Source: a virus (taxonomy: Duplodnaviria; Heunggongvirae; Uroviricota; Caudoviricetes). Taken from it: a stretch of 64,000 bases of DNA. The DNA is taken from IMG/VR virus record IMGVR_UViG_3300007177_000114. One strand, given 5' to 3'. The position numbers and the translations under genes were made by a program. The notes beneath the pieces were generated by a model. The model was not told the DNA's origin and ran no database searches. It saw nothing but the letters and a program-made list of their open reading frames with translations. Below, one piece after another: positions 23,577 to 32,793 of this stretch (position 1 is the first letter of the stretch; each line of letters starts with the position of its first letter).

Positions 23577-23927
23577 ATGATGACTTTGGGTAAACATCTT
23601 ATCTTAGAATTATGGGGAGCTCAAGGCTCCCTTCCCTTTTGGCAGATGGATGAAGCTGCCGAAGTACTTAAAAGAGCAGCTATTGATGCTGGTGCTACAG
23701 TTTTATCTGAAAGATGGCATCACTTTGGCGATGGTTGTGGATATACTGGAGTTGTGGTTCTATCAGAAAGTCATATATCCGTTCACACCTGGCCAGAGCA
23801 CGGTTATGCAGCACTTGATATATTTGTTTGCGGTCATGCAGATCCCATGCTTGCTATTCCTGCTATAGAAAAGTTTTATAGACCGACCGAAAAAACTATA
23901 ACTCTTCTAGAAAGAGGCAAAAAATAA
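23577..23927 (+). CDS. speD: S-adenosylmethionine decarboxylase proenzyme (SpeD, class 1)
   Basis: Motif VLSESHISVHTWPEHGYAALDIFVCG (processing serine and ExH); AGGA RBS before ATG 23577. Confidence 0.75.
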   Translation: MMTLGKHLILELWGAQGSLPFWQMDEAAEVLKRAAIDAGATVLSERWHHFGDGCGYTGVVVLSESHISVHTWPEHGYAALDIFVCGHADPMLAIPAIEKFYRPTEKTITLLERGKK

Positions 23928-23952
23928 AGGGGCATTTCTGCCCCTTTTTAGT
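23927..23952 (+). terminator. rho-independent terminator
   Basis: AAAGGGGCA-TTTC-TGCCCCTTTTT. Confidence 0.6.
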
Positions 23953-24138
23953 AAGTATTAAGTCAATCCTAAGAATATAATTCATCGTAAACCAAATCGA
24001 CAATACGAAAAGTAGTATTTGTTTCATAAAAATATAAATATATGTTATTATACAATTCAATTTTAATTCTAGGTTTTGCTATATCATAAACGTGATGCTC
24101 TGTATCTACAAGGATATCAGTGAAAACAGTTTCCATCT

Positions 24139-24321
24139 TCAATCTTTATGCCAACGTTGTGGATTATCATCCCAATCAGGTTGGCGCCACTGACCATTGA
24201 TCCATATATAATTGGAACCAGGCTTCTTAGGCCTTGGTTCGTGTTTAATCCATGATTGCGGGTTATCCGGTTGATCGTCATAGTCCGAACTGTCGTAAGA
24301 GTCGTCTTTCCAGCGGTCCAT
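24139..24321 (-). CDS. hypothetical small acidic protein
   Basis: 60-aa ORF, first of three co-oriented minus-strand ORFs. Confidence 0.4.
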   Translation of the reverse strand: MDRWKDDSYDSSDYDDQPDNPQSWIKHEPRPKKPGSNYIWINGQWRQPDWDDNPQRWHKD

Positions 24322-24322
24322 A

Positions 24323-24586
24323 TTAACTCCTATAATTCATTACATATTCAATGGCTTCTTCAATTGAATATGTTTCACCAGACCAATCGTTGTTGATTTT
24401 TCCTTTATGAACTCGAAATAGTTCACATAAAATCTTTTTTTGTTCTGGTGTATCACGCTGTGTCATTGCACTAGCACTAGAACCCAATTCTAGATATTGC
24501 TTAAGCAATTTTTGTGCTTCTGGGTTACTAGCAACATTCCAACCCTTTAAAGTACCCCACTTGAGTAGAATATAATCGGTATTCAT
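24323..24586 (-). CDS. hypothetical protein
   Basis: 87-aa ORF; stop/start juxtaposed with its neighbours. Confidence 0.45.
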   Translation of the reverse strand: MNTDYILLKWGTLKGWNVASNPEAQKLLKQYLELGSSASAMTQRDTPEQKKILCELFRVHKGKINNDWSGETYSIEEAIEYVMNYRS

Positions 24587-24597
24587 TAGCTTATCTC

Positions 24598-24837
24598 CTA
24601 ATAGTCTCGAGGTGGGTTTTGTTTCGCATCAACTAGCACTGGTGCTTCTGCGTAAATATAATAATCCGGTACAGTGGTCTCATTATTTCTGGCATTCTCG
24701 GCTCGGTAGTAAGCCTGTGCTTCCTCAAAAGTTTTAAAATCACGGTCTAGAAAAGGCTTGCGACCCCAACCACGTTCACTTTCCCAAAGAGTAACTCGAT
24801 ATCTTGCAATCATTGTTTTATTCTTTTCTAACGCCAA
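24598..24837 (-). CDS. hypothetical protein
   Basis: 79-aa ORF. Confidence 0.45.
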   Translation of the reverse strand: MALEKNKTMIARYRVTLWESERGWGRKPFLDRDFKTFEEAQAYYRAENARNNETTVPDYYIYAEAPVLVDAKQNPPRDY

Positions 24838-24875
24838 ATAGGATAATCGTCATTATAGCAGGATTTGGTTGGCTG

Positions 24876-25301
24876 TCAAGTGTCAAGGCTTTCAAAAAAT
24901 GCAACCAATGCTGTTTCCTCCAGGATGGGTTCAAAGCGAAGGCGCTGAGCTGTCTGATTGGCATGTCGCAGCCACCTCTGATGATCATGACCGCTCCAGT
25001 CGTGGATGCCCTTCTCGATCTCGTAGTGCCAAAGGCATCCATCGGTATGATTCCACCTGCACAACCGCTGGTGCATGGCTATGGCCAGGTGGTGAGTGGG
25101 AGTGCTGGTGTCCAGCTCACGCTTGGCAGTTTTCAAAAGTTCCCGCCTCTGTTTGAGCTGTCGTTCCATCTCAGCCAGTTGGGTTTCCTCTCGGAGGATA
25201 TCGCTCACGCTGCTGGGAACAGGCCCATTCACTTTGCTCATCTCACTGTCCTCTCTGTTTTGTAGGCCCATTATAGCAGGAAAAACAAGGCTGTCAACCA
25301 C
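24876..25301 (-). CDS. hypothetical protein in a GC-rich (about 52% GC) patch; coiled-coil N-terminus, His/Cys-rich C-terminus
   Basis: Longest of several mutually overlapping ORFs in 24804..25311; co-oriented with downstream minus-strand genes; true start may be the internal ATG (MSKVNG...) near 25241. Confidence 0.4.
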   Translation of the reverse strand: MVDSLVFPAIMGLQNREDSEMSKVNGPVPSSVSDILREETQLAEMERQLKQRRELLKTAKRELDTSTPTHHLAIAMHQRLCRWNHTDGCLWHYEIEKGIHDWSGHDHQRWLRHANQTAQRLRFEPILEETALVAFFESLDT

Positions 25302-25499
25302 TTATTGGTAACTCATGATCCAAAGGCTATAGACACAGGCTGCACCGTAAATATAGAGCACCACACGTTTCCAGCTCCACTTTCCAATGGAAGTGAATAA
25401 AGTGTACCATGTGTAGAGGCCGGTCGCCAAAAGAACCAATTCAGGTAGAAAAAAACTCAACTCGATTACCTGGTTCATTTAAGGTTCTCCGAATAGTTT

Positions 25500-25817
25500 T
25501 TACGTAATCACGCTTTTTCCATACTTCTTGGCCAGGCGTATGTAATCCGCACGCTCCTGCTTTTCCGTCCGTGCAGCCATCTGCTCTTCATTGGCGATGC
25601 GCTTTGCCATCTCTGCATCAGTCTCCAGGCGCTTTATCATAAGGGCAAGATAGGTATTGTCGCTATATTTATGTTGACGGATAGCAAACTGGGCATCGCC
25701 ACCAACATTCTTACGATACTTCTGCAGACGTTTGATGGCTTCGTCAAGGGTGTTATACTCAAAGTCAATGCTGGTGTATTCAACCTCGATCATCTTGCGT
25801 TCACGGTTCACAATCAT
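25500..25817 (-). CDS. hypothetical protein
   Basis: 105-aa ORF, GC-richer than the phage average. Confidence 0.4.
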   Translation of the reverse strand: MIVNRERKMIEVEYTSIDFEYNTLDEAIKRLQKYRKNVGGDAQFAIRQHKYSDNTYLALMIKRLETDAEMAKRIANEEQMAARTEKQERADYIRLAKKYGKSVIT

Positions 25818-25831
25818 GTTCTGTTTCTTTC

Positions 25832-26044
25832 TTAACCGCGGTTCTTGCGGAGATAGACGTAGAGGGCGCCAGTGTATTCATTACACTTGACTGACAGAAG
25901 AACACCAAAATCCTTTGCTTCACGATACAGCTGAGAGAAAAAATCATCTTCATTTTGATGGATCTGAATATAGTAAAAGATATTAGTCCTTGACTTACCA
26001 GAAACCTCAAGTTCATCCCAAATGTCGTCGGTGTAGAAGGTCAT
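25832..26044 (-). CDS. hypothetical protein
   Basis: Start at the ATG after the conserved leader (MTFYTDD...); driven by the promoter at 26069..26097. Confidence 0.45.
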   Translation of the reverse strand: MTFYTDDIWDELEVSGKSRTNIFYYIQIHQNEDDFFSQLYREAKDFGVLLSVKCNEYTGALYVYLRKNRG

Positions 26045-26068
26045 ATTCTGTTCCTTATTCATAGTGAG

Positions 26069-26097
26069 AGTATATCCTATTCCGATTTTAAAGTCAA
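26069..26097 (-). promoter_or_regulatory. conserved early promoter, minus strand (TTGACT-N17-TATACT)
   Basis: Reverse complement TTGACTTTAAAATCGGAATAGGATATACT. Confidence 0.45.
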
Positions 26098-26105
26098 CAC
26101 CTAAA

Positions 26106-26429
26106 TTAGTCGCAATTGAGCGTCACGTGCAGGTCGTGGCCGTCCAGCTTGGCATTCCAACCGTCAACGATGAAGCCCGGGGAGCAGCCGCATCCGCAAC
26201 CAGCCTTCTGGCTCCACTTGATGCTCAGCTTGGATCGGTCGATCTCGAGCTTGTCCAGCGCCTTGAAAGCACCCTCACGGAACAGACCAATCGGACGGCT
26301 ACGGCGGTTGGTGAGATTGTCAAACAGCGTCTCACCCTCAGGCCAGATGTAGATGCGGGTCTTGATCTTATATCCGTTGCGCCGAGGGTTGGCCATGGGG
26401 ATCAGTCGAGTCTCAGTGATGTTCAGCAT
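26106..26429 (-). CDS. hypothetical protein
   Basis: Start MLNITE after the conserved leader; 107 aa. Confidence 0.5.
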   Translation of the reverse strand: MLNITETRLIPMANPRRNGYKIKTRIYIWPEGETLFDNLTNRRSRPIGLFREGAFKALDKLEIDRSKLSIKWSQKAGCGCGCSPGFIVDGWNAKLDGHDLHVTLNCD

Positions 26430-26453
26430 ATCAGCTTCCTTGTTCATAGTCAC

Positions 26454-26482
26454 TTTATACCGCAACCTGGTTTAAAAGTCAA
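26454..26482 (-). promoter_or_regulatory. conserved early promoter, minus strand
   Basis: Reverse complement TTGACTTTTAAACCAGGTTGCGGTATAAAG, identical to the plus-strand copy at 26874. Confidence 0.55.
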
Positions 26483-26880
26483 CCGTGACAAATCAATAGG
26501 TTAGTCTGGTCTGGTGGCTAACCTATTGAAAAGATTATCAAAAAATTTTTTCGCTTATCCAAAAAAAATTTCAAAAAAGTTTGAGTGTCCAGGTTACCAG
26601 GCGCTCATAGAACCATAAAATGAATGATATCAATGGGTTAGCTCTATCCACAAAGTCAATGATATCAATGGGTTAGGCTAAGAGAACGGCTCACATCGTG
26701 CTAAATCTGCTTGAATGGGTATACCATAGGCCTAACCTCAAGCTAGAACGGCATCCATGCTAACATATTGATATCATTTAACTTGCATTTTTTTCAAAAA
26801 AATGCAAGTGGTCAAACTGAATCATATCAATGGGTTATGGATCACGGTTAGCTAACCCATTGATTTCCTTAGGTTGACTT
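26478..26880. repeat. iteron/operator-like region B
   Basis: TCAATAGGTTA-N15-TAACCTATTGA and TCAATGGGTTA-N15-TAACCCATTGA inverted pairs plus further single motif copies; flanked by divergent conserved promoters. Confidence 0.6.
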
Positions 26881-26902
26881 TTAAACCAGGTTGCGGTATA
26901 AA
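26874..26902 (+). promoter_or_regulatory. conserved early promoter
   Basis: TTGACTTTTAAACCAGGTTGCGGTATAAAG plus leader TGACTATGAACGAGGTGACAAACATG. Confidence 0.55.
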
Positions 26903-26926
26903 GTGACTATGAACGAGGTGACAAAC

Positions 26927-27088
26927 ATGACCGATGATAAAGCTTTCCGAATCCGTCAGGCCCTCAAGGAGACAACTTATCTCCTTAACAAGGAGCTGGA
27001 GTATCCGGTCGGGTTGCAGAAGGCTGATATGGTCGCCTTTTATCGTCGGCATATTGCTACCCTGACCGCCCGGCTCAAAAATCTGTAA
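26927..27088 (+). CDS. hypothetical small protein
   Basis: ATG 26927 (MTDDKAFRIRQ...) after the conserved leader RBS. Confidence 0.45.
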   Translation: MTDDKAFRIRQALKETTYLLNKELEYPVGLQKADMVAFYRRHIATLTARLKNL

Positions 27089-27096
27089 GATACGTA

Positions 27097-27125
27097 TTGA
27101 CTTTAATTCCAAGTTGAGTTATAAG
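27097..27125 (+). promoter_or_regulatory. conserved early promoter (TTGACT-N17-TATAAG)
   Basis: TTGACTTTAATTCCAAGTTGAGTTATAAG. Confidence 0.5.
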
Positions 27126-27149
27126 ATGACTATGAACAAGGAAGTAAAA

Positions 27150-27437
27150 ATGAACATCAACGAAATCTGTGCCGCTATCCTCAAGATGGATAACCTCGAG
27201 GACGTCCGTAATCTTTCTCAGCGCCTTAATGCAACAATTAAGGCACGCTATGCTGAACTCCAGCGTCACAAGGCCTATACCCTTGGTGTGGGCATGCGAG
27301 TCGAGTTCAATGACAAGCGTGGTAACATTGTCACCGGCAAGATTACCAAGATTAACACCAAGACCGTGGAAGTTTTTGCCGATCGCTCTGGTGTTAAGTG
27401 GAGGGTGACGCCTTCTCTTCTCCGTGAAGCGGCCTAG
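27150..27437 (+). CDS. hypothetical protein
   Basis: ATG 27150 (MNINEICAAILK...); 95 aa. Confidence 0.5.
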   Translation: MNINEICAAILKMDNLEDVRNLSQRLNATIKARYAELQRHKAYTLGVGMRVEFNDKRGNIVTGKITKINTKTVEVFADRSGVKWRVTPSLLREAA

Positions 27438-27439
27438 GG

Positions 27440-27468
27440 TTGACTTTAATTCCAAGTTAAGTTATAAG
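27440..27468 (+). promoter_or_regulatory. conserved early promoter
   Basis: TTGACTTTAATTCCAAGTTAAGTTATAAG, near-identical to 27097. Confidence 0.5.
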
Positions 27469-27492
27469 ATAATTATGAACAAGGAAGTGAGA

Positions 27493-27876
27493 ATGACCAG
27501 GGAAACCATCAAGCAGCGCCGTGAGCGTGAACGACAGGAACAAGAAGCGTTGGAACAAAAGTTCCAGGCTGAAAAGCCTATTCGTCTGCTTCATGCAATG
27601 GCTCGAGCTGAAAGTCTGGGTGTAAAGGCTTCGGTCTATTACCGATATGACGATGTATTGTACTATGAATTTGATTTCACCCGGATTAATCTACCCAATT
27701 CTCTTGATATCATTTGTGATCCGTATGAAGAGTTAAGTTCTTGGACTATGGATAGCATTGAAAATCAACTATATAAGGTTCATGAAAAACAGAATCGAGC
27801 TGGATATCTTAAAAATCTTAGAGTAGAACTTCTTGCTCGACTGTCACAAGACGAACGTGAAGCACTAGGATTTTAA
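27493..27876 (+). CDS. hypothetical protein
   Basis: ATG 27493 (MTRETIKQRRERE...). Confidence 0.5.
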   Translation: MTRETIKQRRERERQEQEALEQKFQAEKPIRLLHAMARAESLGVKASVYYRYDDVLYYEFDFTRINLPNSLDIICDPYEELSSWTMDSIENQLYKVHEKQNRAGYLKNLRVELLARLSQDEREALGF

Positions 27877-27883
27877 AGATTAT

Positions 27884-28053
27884 GATGGCAGATTACAAGA
27901 TAAATGATGGCGAAGTCTTAATCGGTGACTTCGATAACTTGCAAGCGAATGGTGAATATTGGCGACCAATTCGTGATGAAGAAAAGATCGAGGTCATGCT
28001 ACAGATGATTATTGATCTTCATGTCAAGTTCAACCGTCTCAAGGACATTTAAG
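27884..28053 (+). CDS. hypothetical small protein (56 aa)
   Basis: MMADYKINDGEVLIGDF...; ends at TAA 28051-28053 just before ATG 28054. Confidence 0.35.
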
Positions 28054-28578
28054 ATGAACGAACGTTTCCGTAAGACTCTCGTCCTCGCTCTTCGCTCCGA
28101 TACCGGAGAAAATGAAGCTGCAGCTGCGTTCAGCGCCCTCCGAAGGATGGCTTCTAACGGAAGCGTCTCAGAGCTTCTAAATGAAAAGCCTACCCAAGTT
28201 AAAGAGAAAGTGGTATATAAAGATAAGGTAATCTATATGCCGAAGTCTTATACCCATTCGTTGACTTATACTACGGTAATTAAAGCAACTTATCTTCAAG
28301 ACTATATTAACACGGTTTTCACAGCTGCTGTGAAAAATGACATGTGTGTGCATCTCATTTCACTTGAAGGATCTTCTGATAATAAGATTACTTCACCAAC
28401 AATGCTTAAATTTAAAGTTCTTGGGTATGAACTACAGATTAAGGAATTTTCTAAATTTCTTGATAAAATTGAAAAAGAAATGAAAGAAAAATCTGGTGGT
28501 GCTCCTGACATTAAAAATAATTTCAGTAAAAAGAAGCCAAATCTGTTAGTGCGTATTTTTAATGCCATCTTCGATTAA
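28054..28578 (+). CDS. hypothetical protein
   Basis: ATG 28054 (MNERFRKTLVLAL...) inside track ORF 28012..28578. Confidence 0.5.
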   Translation: MNERFRKTLVLALRSDTGENEAAAAFSALRRMASNGSVSELLNEKPTQVKEKVVYKDKVIYMPKSYTHSLTYTTVIKATYLQDYINTVFTAAVKNDMCVHLISLEGSSDNKITSPTMLKFKVLGYELQIKEFSKFLDKIEKEMKEKSGGAPDIKNNFSKKKPNLLVRIFNAIFD

Positions 28579-28583
28579 ATGTG

Positions 28584-28611
28584 TTGACATTTATCTTTTC
28601 ATTGGTATAAT
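28584..28611 (+). promoter_or_regulatory. sigma70-like promoter with conserved leader (copy 2 of 10189..10245)
   Basis: TTGACATTTATCTTTTCATTGGTATAATGGTTAGTGACCAAATGATGATGGTATAGG. Confidence 0.5.
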
Positions 28612-28648
28612 GGTTAGTGACCAAATGATGATGGTATAGGAATTTAAA

Positions 28649-28864
28649 ATGCCAATGAAATCTATAAATTATAGACTTAGATTTATAATTATCAGAAATG
28701 TGATGCATGAACTTCAATCTAAAGTTGATATGCAACTAATTTATTTTATACAAGATAAAACTAGATTTAATACTCCTATGAGATTTAGTTTAGAGTCACA
28801 GATACGTAGAGATGAAATTCTACCTATAAAATATGAAAATGATATCAGAGATTATAGAGAATAA
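28649..28864 (+). CDS. hypothetical small protein, paralogous to the next ORF
   Basis: SINYRLRFIIIRN... resembles SVNYELKNNHELRFIFYKS... in 28868..29056. Confidence 0.35.
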   Translation: MPMKSINYRLRFIIIRNVMHELQSKVDMQLIYFIQDKTRFNTPMRFSLESQIRRDEILPIKYENDIRDYRE

Positions 28865-28867
28865 TCT

Positions 28868-29056
28868 ATGCAATCTGTAAATTATGAATTGAAAAATAAT
28901 CATGAATTAAGATTTATATTTTATAAATCCAGGCAGTGTATAGATGAGAATTTGAAAAAACGGTTGACACATGACATAAAATTGTATATATATAAAAATA
29001 TCGATGAATACATTAGTATAGTCTTCAATGAAGTTTATGATAAGGATCAAAAATAA
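28868..29056 (+). CDS. hypothetical small protein (tandem paralog)
   Basis: See previous entry. Confidence 0.35.
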   Translation: MQSVNYELKNNHELRFIFYKSRQCIDENLKKRLTHDIKLYIYKNIDEYISIVFNEVYDKDQK

Positions 29057-29478
29057 TGAGTGATTTTAAGACATTTACCGGACAGACACTTAAGTGGACT
29101 GCAATCGGTGGGGTTTGTCTGGCAATTGTAGGTGGTGGTATCTTTGCACTAAATGCTGTTATGCGACCAATGCAAACCATTGGTGGTGTTATGGATCGTA
29201 CATTTAATGCAGATAATGTAATCGCTAAATATGAGTGGTTTCATGATGCCCATGGTCAGTATCAATCTCGAGTAAATCAGATTACAGCGACCAAGCGTAT
29301 GTTTGCCGATGAAAAAGATACTGCGGAACGTTCTCGACTTCGTATTGAACTTGCCGCACAACAGCAGTCTTGTCGTGATCTTGTGACCCGTTATAATGCT
29401 AATTCGACAAAGACCAATGTCTCAATTTTCCAGGGACGTGAAGCGCCTTCTTCTCTTAACATTCAGACATGTGAGTAA
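29056..29478 (+). CDS. membrane-anchored protein (N-terminal TM helix)
   Basis: LKWTAIGGVCLAIVGGGIFALNAV hydrophobic segment; 140 aa. Confidence 0.5.
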   Translation: MSDFKTFTGQTLKWTAIGGVCLAIVGGGIFALNAVMRPMQTIGGVMDRTFNADNVIAKYEWFHDAHGQYQSRVNQITATKRMFADEKDTAERSRLRIELAAQQQSCRDLVTRYNANSTKTNVSIFQGREAPSSLNIQTCE

Positions 29479-29484
29479 TATATA

Positions 29485-30012
29485 ATGAACAAGAATTTTG
29501 TTATTCTTCCAGTTGCCGCTCTGCTTCTAGCGGGTTGTCTACCAGATAATAAGTCTACACAACCACAAGTGAAGAACACTCAAGCTGAACTAGCACAACG
29601 TGCTGCTAATTCAATTCAGTTCACTGATAATGCTGAAATTGAAAATATCAAGAATCGAGTGGAACTTACCAGTAAGCCTGGTCTTCTAGGTTATGTGGTT
29701 CTTTTCAATGAATCTGGTCAGCCTATTATGTATGAAGGTGTTCGAGGTAAGATTACTTCTGGTTCTAAGCGTCTAACTCCTGCCGATCGTACTCAACAGA
29801 TCAGCACCGGTGGTACTAATGGTGGTCAACATTCTGTAGTTCGTCAGGCACCTTCTGATGAAGGAACATACGGTACTTCCAATCCGTATATTTTCTACTG
29901 GAATATTGATGGTGTCTATCGACAGTGGAGTGGCCACTACCTCTATTCAACCCAGCCAATGCGCCTTACAATTCAGCCGCTGGTCGTGAATATTGAGGAA
30001 AAGAAGCAATAA
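29485..30012 (+). CDS. lipoprotein
   Basis: Signal peptide with lipobox LLLAGC. Confidence 0.55.
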   Translation: MNKNFVILPVAALLLAGCLPDNKSTQPQVKNTQAELAQRAANSIQFTDNAEIENIKNRVELTSKPGLLGYVVLFNESGQPIMYEGVRGKITSGSKRLTPADRTQQISTGGTNGGQHSVVRQAPSDEGTYGTSNPYIFYWNIDGVYRQWSGHYLYSTQPMRLTIQPLVVNIEEKKQ

Positions 30013-30464
30013 TGAGTTATACCATTTCAATTGGTTGTGATCACGCTGGGCTTGAATTAGCCCAGCAAATCTCAGTATGGCTTTTTGATGCTGGACACAA
30101 GATTTATACTTTCTTTCCAGCACCAAATACTCGAGTTGATTATCCAGATTATGCTTATAAAACATGTTCATCTATAACTCTGGGTTCACATGGTTCAAGT
30201 CGGGGAATTTTAGTTTGCGGATCCGGTGTTGGTATGGCTATAGCCGCAAATCGACATAGTGGGATTCGATGTGTAAATACAAATGATCCAAATATTGCTA
30301 AGATTGCACGAGAACACAATGATGTAAATACTCTTGCACTTGGCGCTCGTTTTGTCACCGATAAAGAAGAAATCTGGAAGTGTATCACAACATTTCTAGA
30401 TACTAAATACGAAGGTGGTCGACACGAACAACGAGTTATGAAACTATTTGGAGTTTTTCCATGA
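30012..30464 (+). CDS. rpiB: ribose-5-phosphate isomerase B (RpiB/LacAB family)
   Basis: SIGCDHAG N-terminus and ILVCGSGVGMAIAANR motif; 150 aa. Confidence 0.7.
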   Translation: MSYTISIGCDHAGLELAQQISVWLFDAGHKIYTFFPAPNTRVDYPDYAYKTCSSITLGSHGSSRGILVCGSGVGMAIAANRHSGIRCVNTNDPNIAKIAREHNDVNTLALGARFVTDKEEIWKCITTFLDTKYEGGRHEQRVMKLFGVFP

Positions 30465-31426
30465 AATTCGTAATTACAGGACTTACAGCAGTTCTTTTAG
30501 CAACTTCTGCGCATGCTCAATCTTTAAATGGTGCTGGTGCTACATTTCCAGCACCACTTTATACAAAATGGGCAGAATTATCTAATAAAGATGGATTTAC
30601 AGTTAATTACCAAGCAGTAGGTTCAGGTGCTGGTCAAAATCAAATCATTAATCGCACAGTCGATTTTGGCGCTTCAGATGCACCACTTTCTAAACAACGC
30701 TTGATGGATAATAATCTAATTCAAATTCCAACAGTGCTTGGATCAGTTGTGGTTATTATTAATCTTCCTGGGATCGAGACTAATAAACTTCGTATTTCTG
30801 GACGAAATTTAGTCGACATTTATTCCGGTAAAATTACAAAATGGAATGATTCACGGATTGTTGCTGATAATCCAGATATCAAATTACCTAATATTGCAAT
30901 TGCACCAGTTTATAGAGCCGATGGTTCTGGAACAACATTTGTCTTTGTATCTTATTTACATTCACAAGATAAAAACTTTAGTGCTCCAGCCACATCTATT
31001 AAATGGTCAATTGGAACTGGCGCTCGTGGGAATGACGGTGTGGCTGCTTCAGTAAAAAGAACCGTCGGATCAGTCGGTTACGTAGAGAGTGTTTTTGCTA
31101 AGAACGGTAATATCCCTAAAGCTGTTCTCATGAGTGGGACAGGCAAATGGATTGTTTCCGGTAGCGCTTCATATTCAGCATCAGCAAATAAGATCGAATG
31201 GTCCGAAACTAACGAAGGATCCGCTATCAATCTTCCTTGTGATGAATGCTATCCTATTGTATCTGCAACTTATATTCTTATCCCAGCTGAATCTAAAAGA
31301 TTGAACGATGTTGTTTCTTGGGTAAATTGGGTATATAAAAATGGCAATGCAGCTGCAATTTCCCTTGACTATATTCCACTTTCGGATTATACTAAGGGTA
31401 GGGTAATTCAACAATTTAATAAGTAA
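30461..31426 (+). CDS. pstS: phosphate ABC transporter substrate-binding protein PstS
   Basis: Signal peptide then GAGATFPAPLYTKWAE, the PstS hallmark; 321 aa. Confidence 0.8.
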   Translation: MKFVITGLTAVLLATSAHAQSLNGAGATFPAPLYTKWAELSNKDGFTVNYQAVGSGAGQNQIINRTVDFGASDAPLSKQRLMDNNLIQIPTVLGSVVVIINLPGIETNKLRISGRNLVDIYSGKITKWNDSRIVADNPDIKLPNIAIAPVYRADGSGTTFVFVSYLHSQDKNFSAPATSIKWSIGTGARGNDGVAASVKRTVGSVGYVESVFAKNGNIPKAVLMSGTGKWIVSGSASYSASANKIEWSETNEGSAINLPCDECYPIVSATYILIPAESKRLNDVVSWVNWVYKNGNAAAISLDYIPLSDYTKGRVIQQFNK

Positions 31427-31428
31427 AT

Positions 31429-31505
31429 GCGCCTGTAGCTTAGCGGTCCAAAGCTGTCGGCTCATAACCGACTGATCCTCCGTTCAAATCGGAGCGGGCG
31501 CACCA
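31429..31505 (+). tRNA. tRNA-Met(CAT)
   Basis: Acceptor GCGCCTG/CGGGCGC, D arm GCTT...AAGC, anticodon arm GTCGG-CTCATAA-CCGAC, T arm CTCCG-TTCAAAT-CGGAG, CCA. Confidence 0.75.
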
Positions 31506-31528
31506 ATTTTAAAAATGAAGGAAATGAA

Positions 31529-32566
31529 ATGAACGATCGTCTAGAGAATCCCGAAGTTCTTATTGGAATTGCAAAGAAGTATGCGCTTCGAGCGGGTGTT
31601 GCAGTAGTAGCACTAATGGCTGTAAATTCCACTTACTTTGTAGTTGATCCGACCGAAAGAGCTGGTGTTCGTGTATGGGGTACTGTTACAACTAAAGAAC
31701 CGGTGCAACCAGGGCTACACTTTAAGATTCCTTTTATCAGCTCGGTTGATAGAATTACAGTCAGCCAACAAAAAGTTCACGTACAGCCTTTTACTGTCAA
31801 TACTGTTGATAATCAGCTTATCACTCTTGACATTAATATTCTATATCGTACTCCAGATAGTGCTGTCTTTAAAAATCTTTATGAGATCGGCAAGACAGGA
31901 TCTGATGATCTAGGCCCACAGATGGTTTCTGTTATTCGTGACCGTGTAAGTCGTATCATTGCAAGTAAGAATACAATCACGATCTCTGCAAACCGTGAAG
32001 CTATTCAGAATGAAATTACCAATCAGGTGCATGAAGAGTTAGAGCAACTATTTGGCATCGACATGGAAAGTTTTCAGATCTCTGAAATTAAATTTAGCCC
32101 AGCATTTATGGCTTCCAATGAAGCTGCTGTTCGTAGCAAAAATGATGCTGTTGCCGAAGAAAATAAGAAGCGAGTCATTGAATTCCAGCAGCAGCAACAG
32201 GTTCTGATTGCAGAAGGACAGGCTAAAGTTCGAACTACGGAAGCAGATGCTGCAGCAAAGGCAATGTTTATTGCTGCGGAAGGTCAGGCTAAGTCTCAAC
32301 TAGCTCAAGCCCGTGCTGCAGCAGAAGCTGCTGTTATTGCTGCTGAGTCTCAAAAGAAAGCAATGACACTTACTGGTGAAGGTGAAGCTGCTCGACTAAA
32401 GGCAGTTGTTGATTCTTTTGGTGGGGCTTCAAATTATCTTGAAAGTCTTCGCATCAATGCTTCTTCAAAGTGGAATGGATCAGTTCCGAGCACTGTCATG
32501 AGCATGGGTGGAACTTCTACACCGTTTATGTTTAACATGCCGATGCCAGGAGGTACCAATAAGTAA
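31529..32566 (+). CDS. SPFH/band-7 (prohibitin/HflKC-like) domain protein
   Basis: N-terminal TM segment then a band-7-like region; Ala/Glu/Gln-rich coiled-coil C-terminus; 345 aa. Confidence 0.6.
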   Translation: MNDRLENPEVLIGIAKKYALRAGVAVVALMAVNSTYFVVDPTERAGVRVWGTVTTKEPVQPGLHFKIPFISSVDRITVSQQKVHVQPFTVNTVDNQLITLDINILYRTPDSAVFKNLYEIGKTGSDDLGPQMVSVIRDRVSRIIASKNTITISANREAIQNEITNQVHEELEQLFGIDMESFQISEIKFSPAFMASNEAAVRSKNDAVAEENKKRVIEFQQQQQVLIAEGQAKVRTTEADAAAKAMFIAAEGQAKSQLAQARAAAEAAVIAAESQKKAMTLTGEGEAARLKAVVDSFGGASNYLESLRINASSKWNGSVPSTVMSMGGTSTPFMFNMPMPGGTNK

Positions 32567-32793
32567 TGCTCTTAAAGGACTTTATAGCGCAACTTCAGGA
32601 AATATATGATAATGCAGTAGCTGATCCTGAGTATTATAAAATGATGGGTGAACCTGCAATTTATGTAGATACATTTGATGAAGCTGGTGGATATCGCTAT
32701 GTATATAGCGGTTATTCACCAAATATTCGGATAGATTTTGATCCATCAAGTGGAGATTATGTAATTTGTGCTTTTGGTGGTTCACTTGAATAA
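32566..32793 (+). CDS. hypothetical protein
   Basis: 75-aa ORF, ATG overlapping the upstream TAA. Confidence 0.45.
   Translation: MLLKDFIAQLQEIYDNAVADPEYYKMMGEPAIYVDTFDEAGGYRYVYSGYSPNIRIDFDPSSGDYVICAFGGSLE

Noticed and set aside
24804-25311. Five mutually overlapping ORFs on both strands (24804..25265, 24818..25042, 24869..25156, 25096..25311, 24876..25301)
   Set aside because: This is a GC-rich patch where stop codons are rare in all frames. At most one can be real, and I kept the minus-strand ORF co-oriented with its neighbours.
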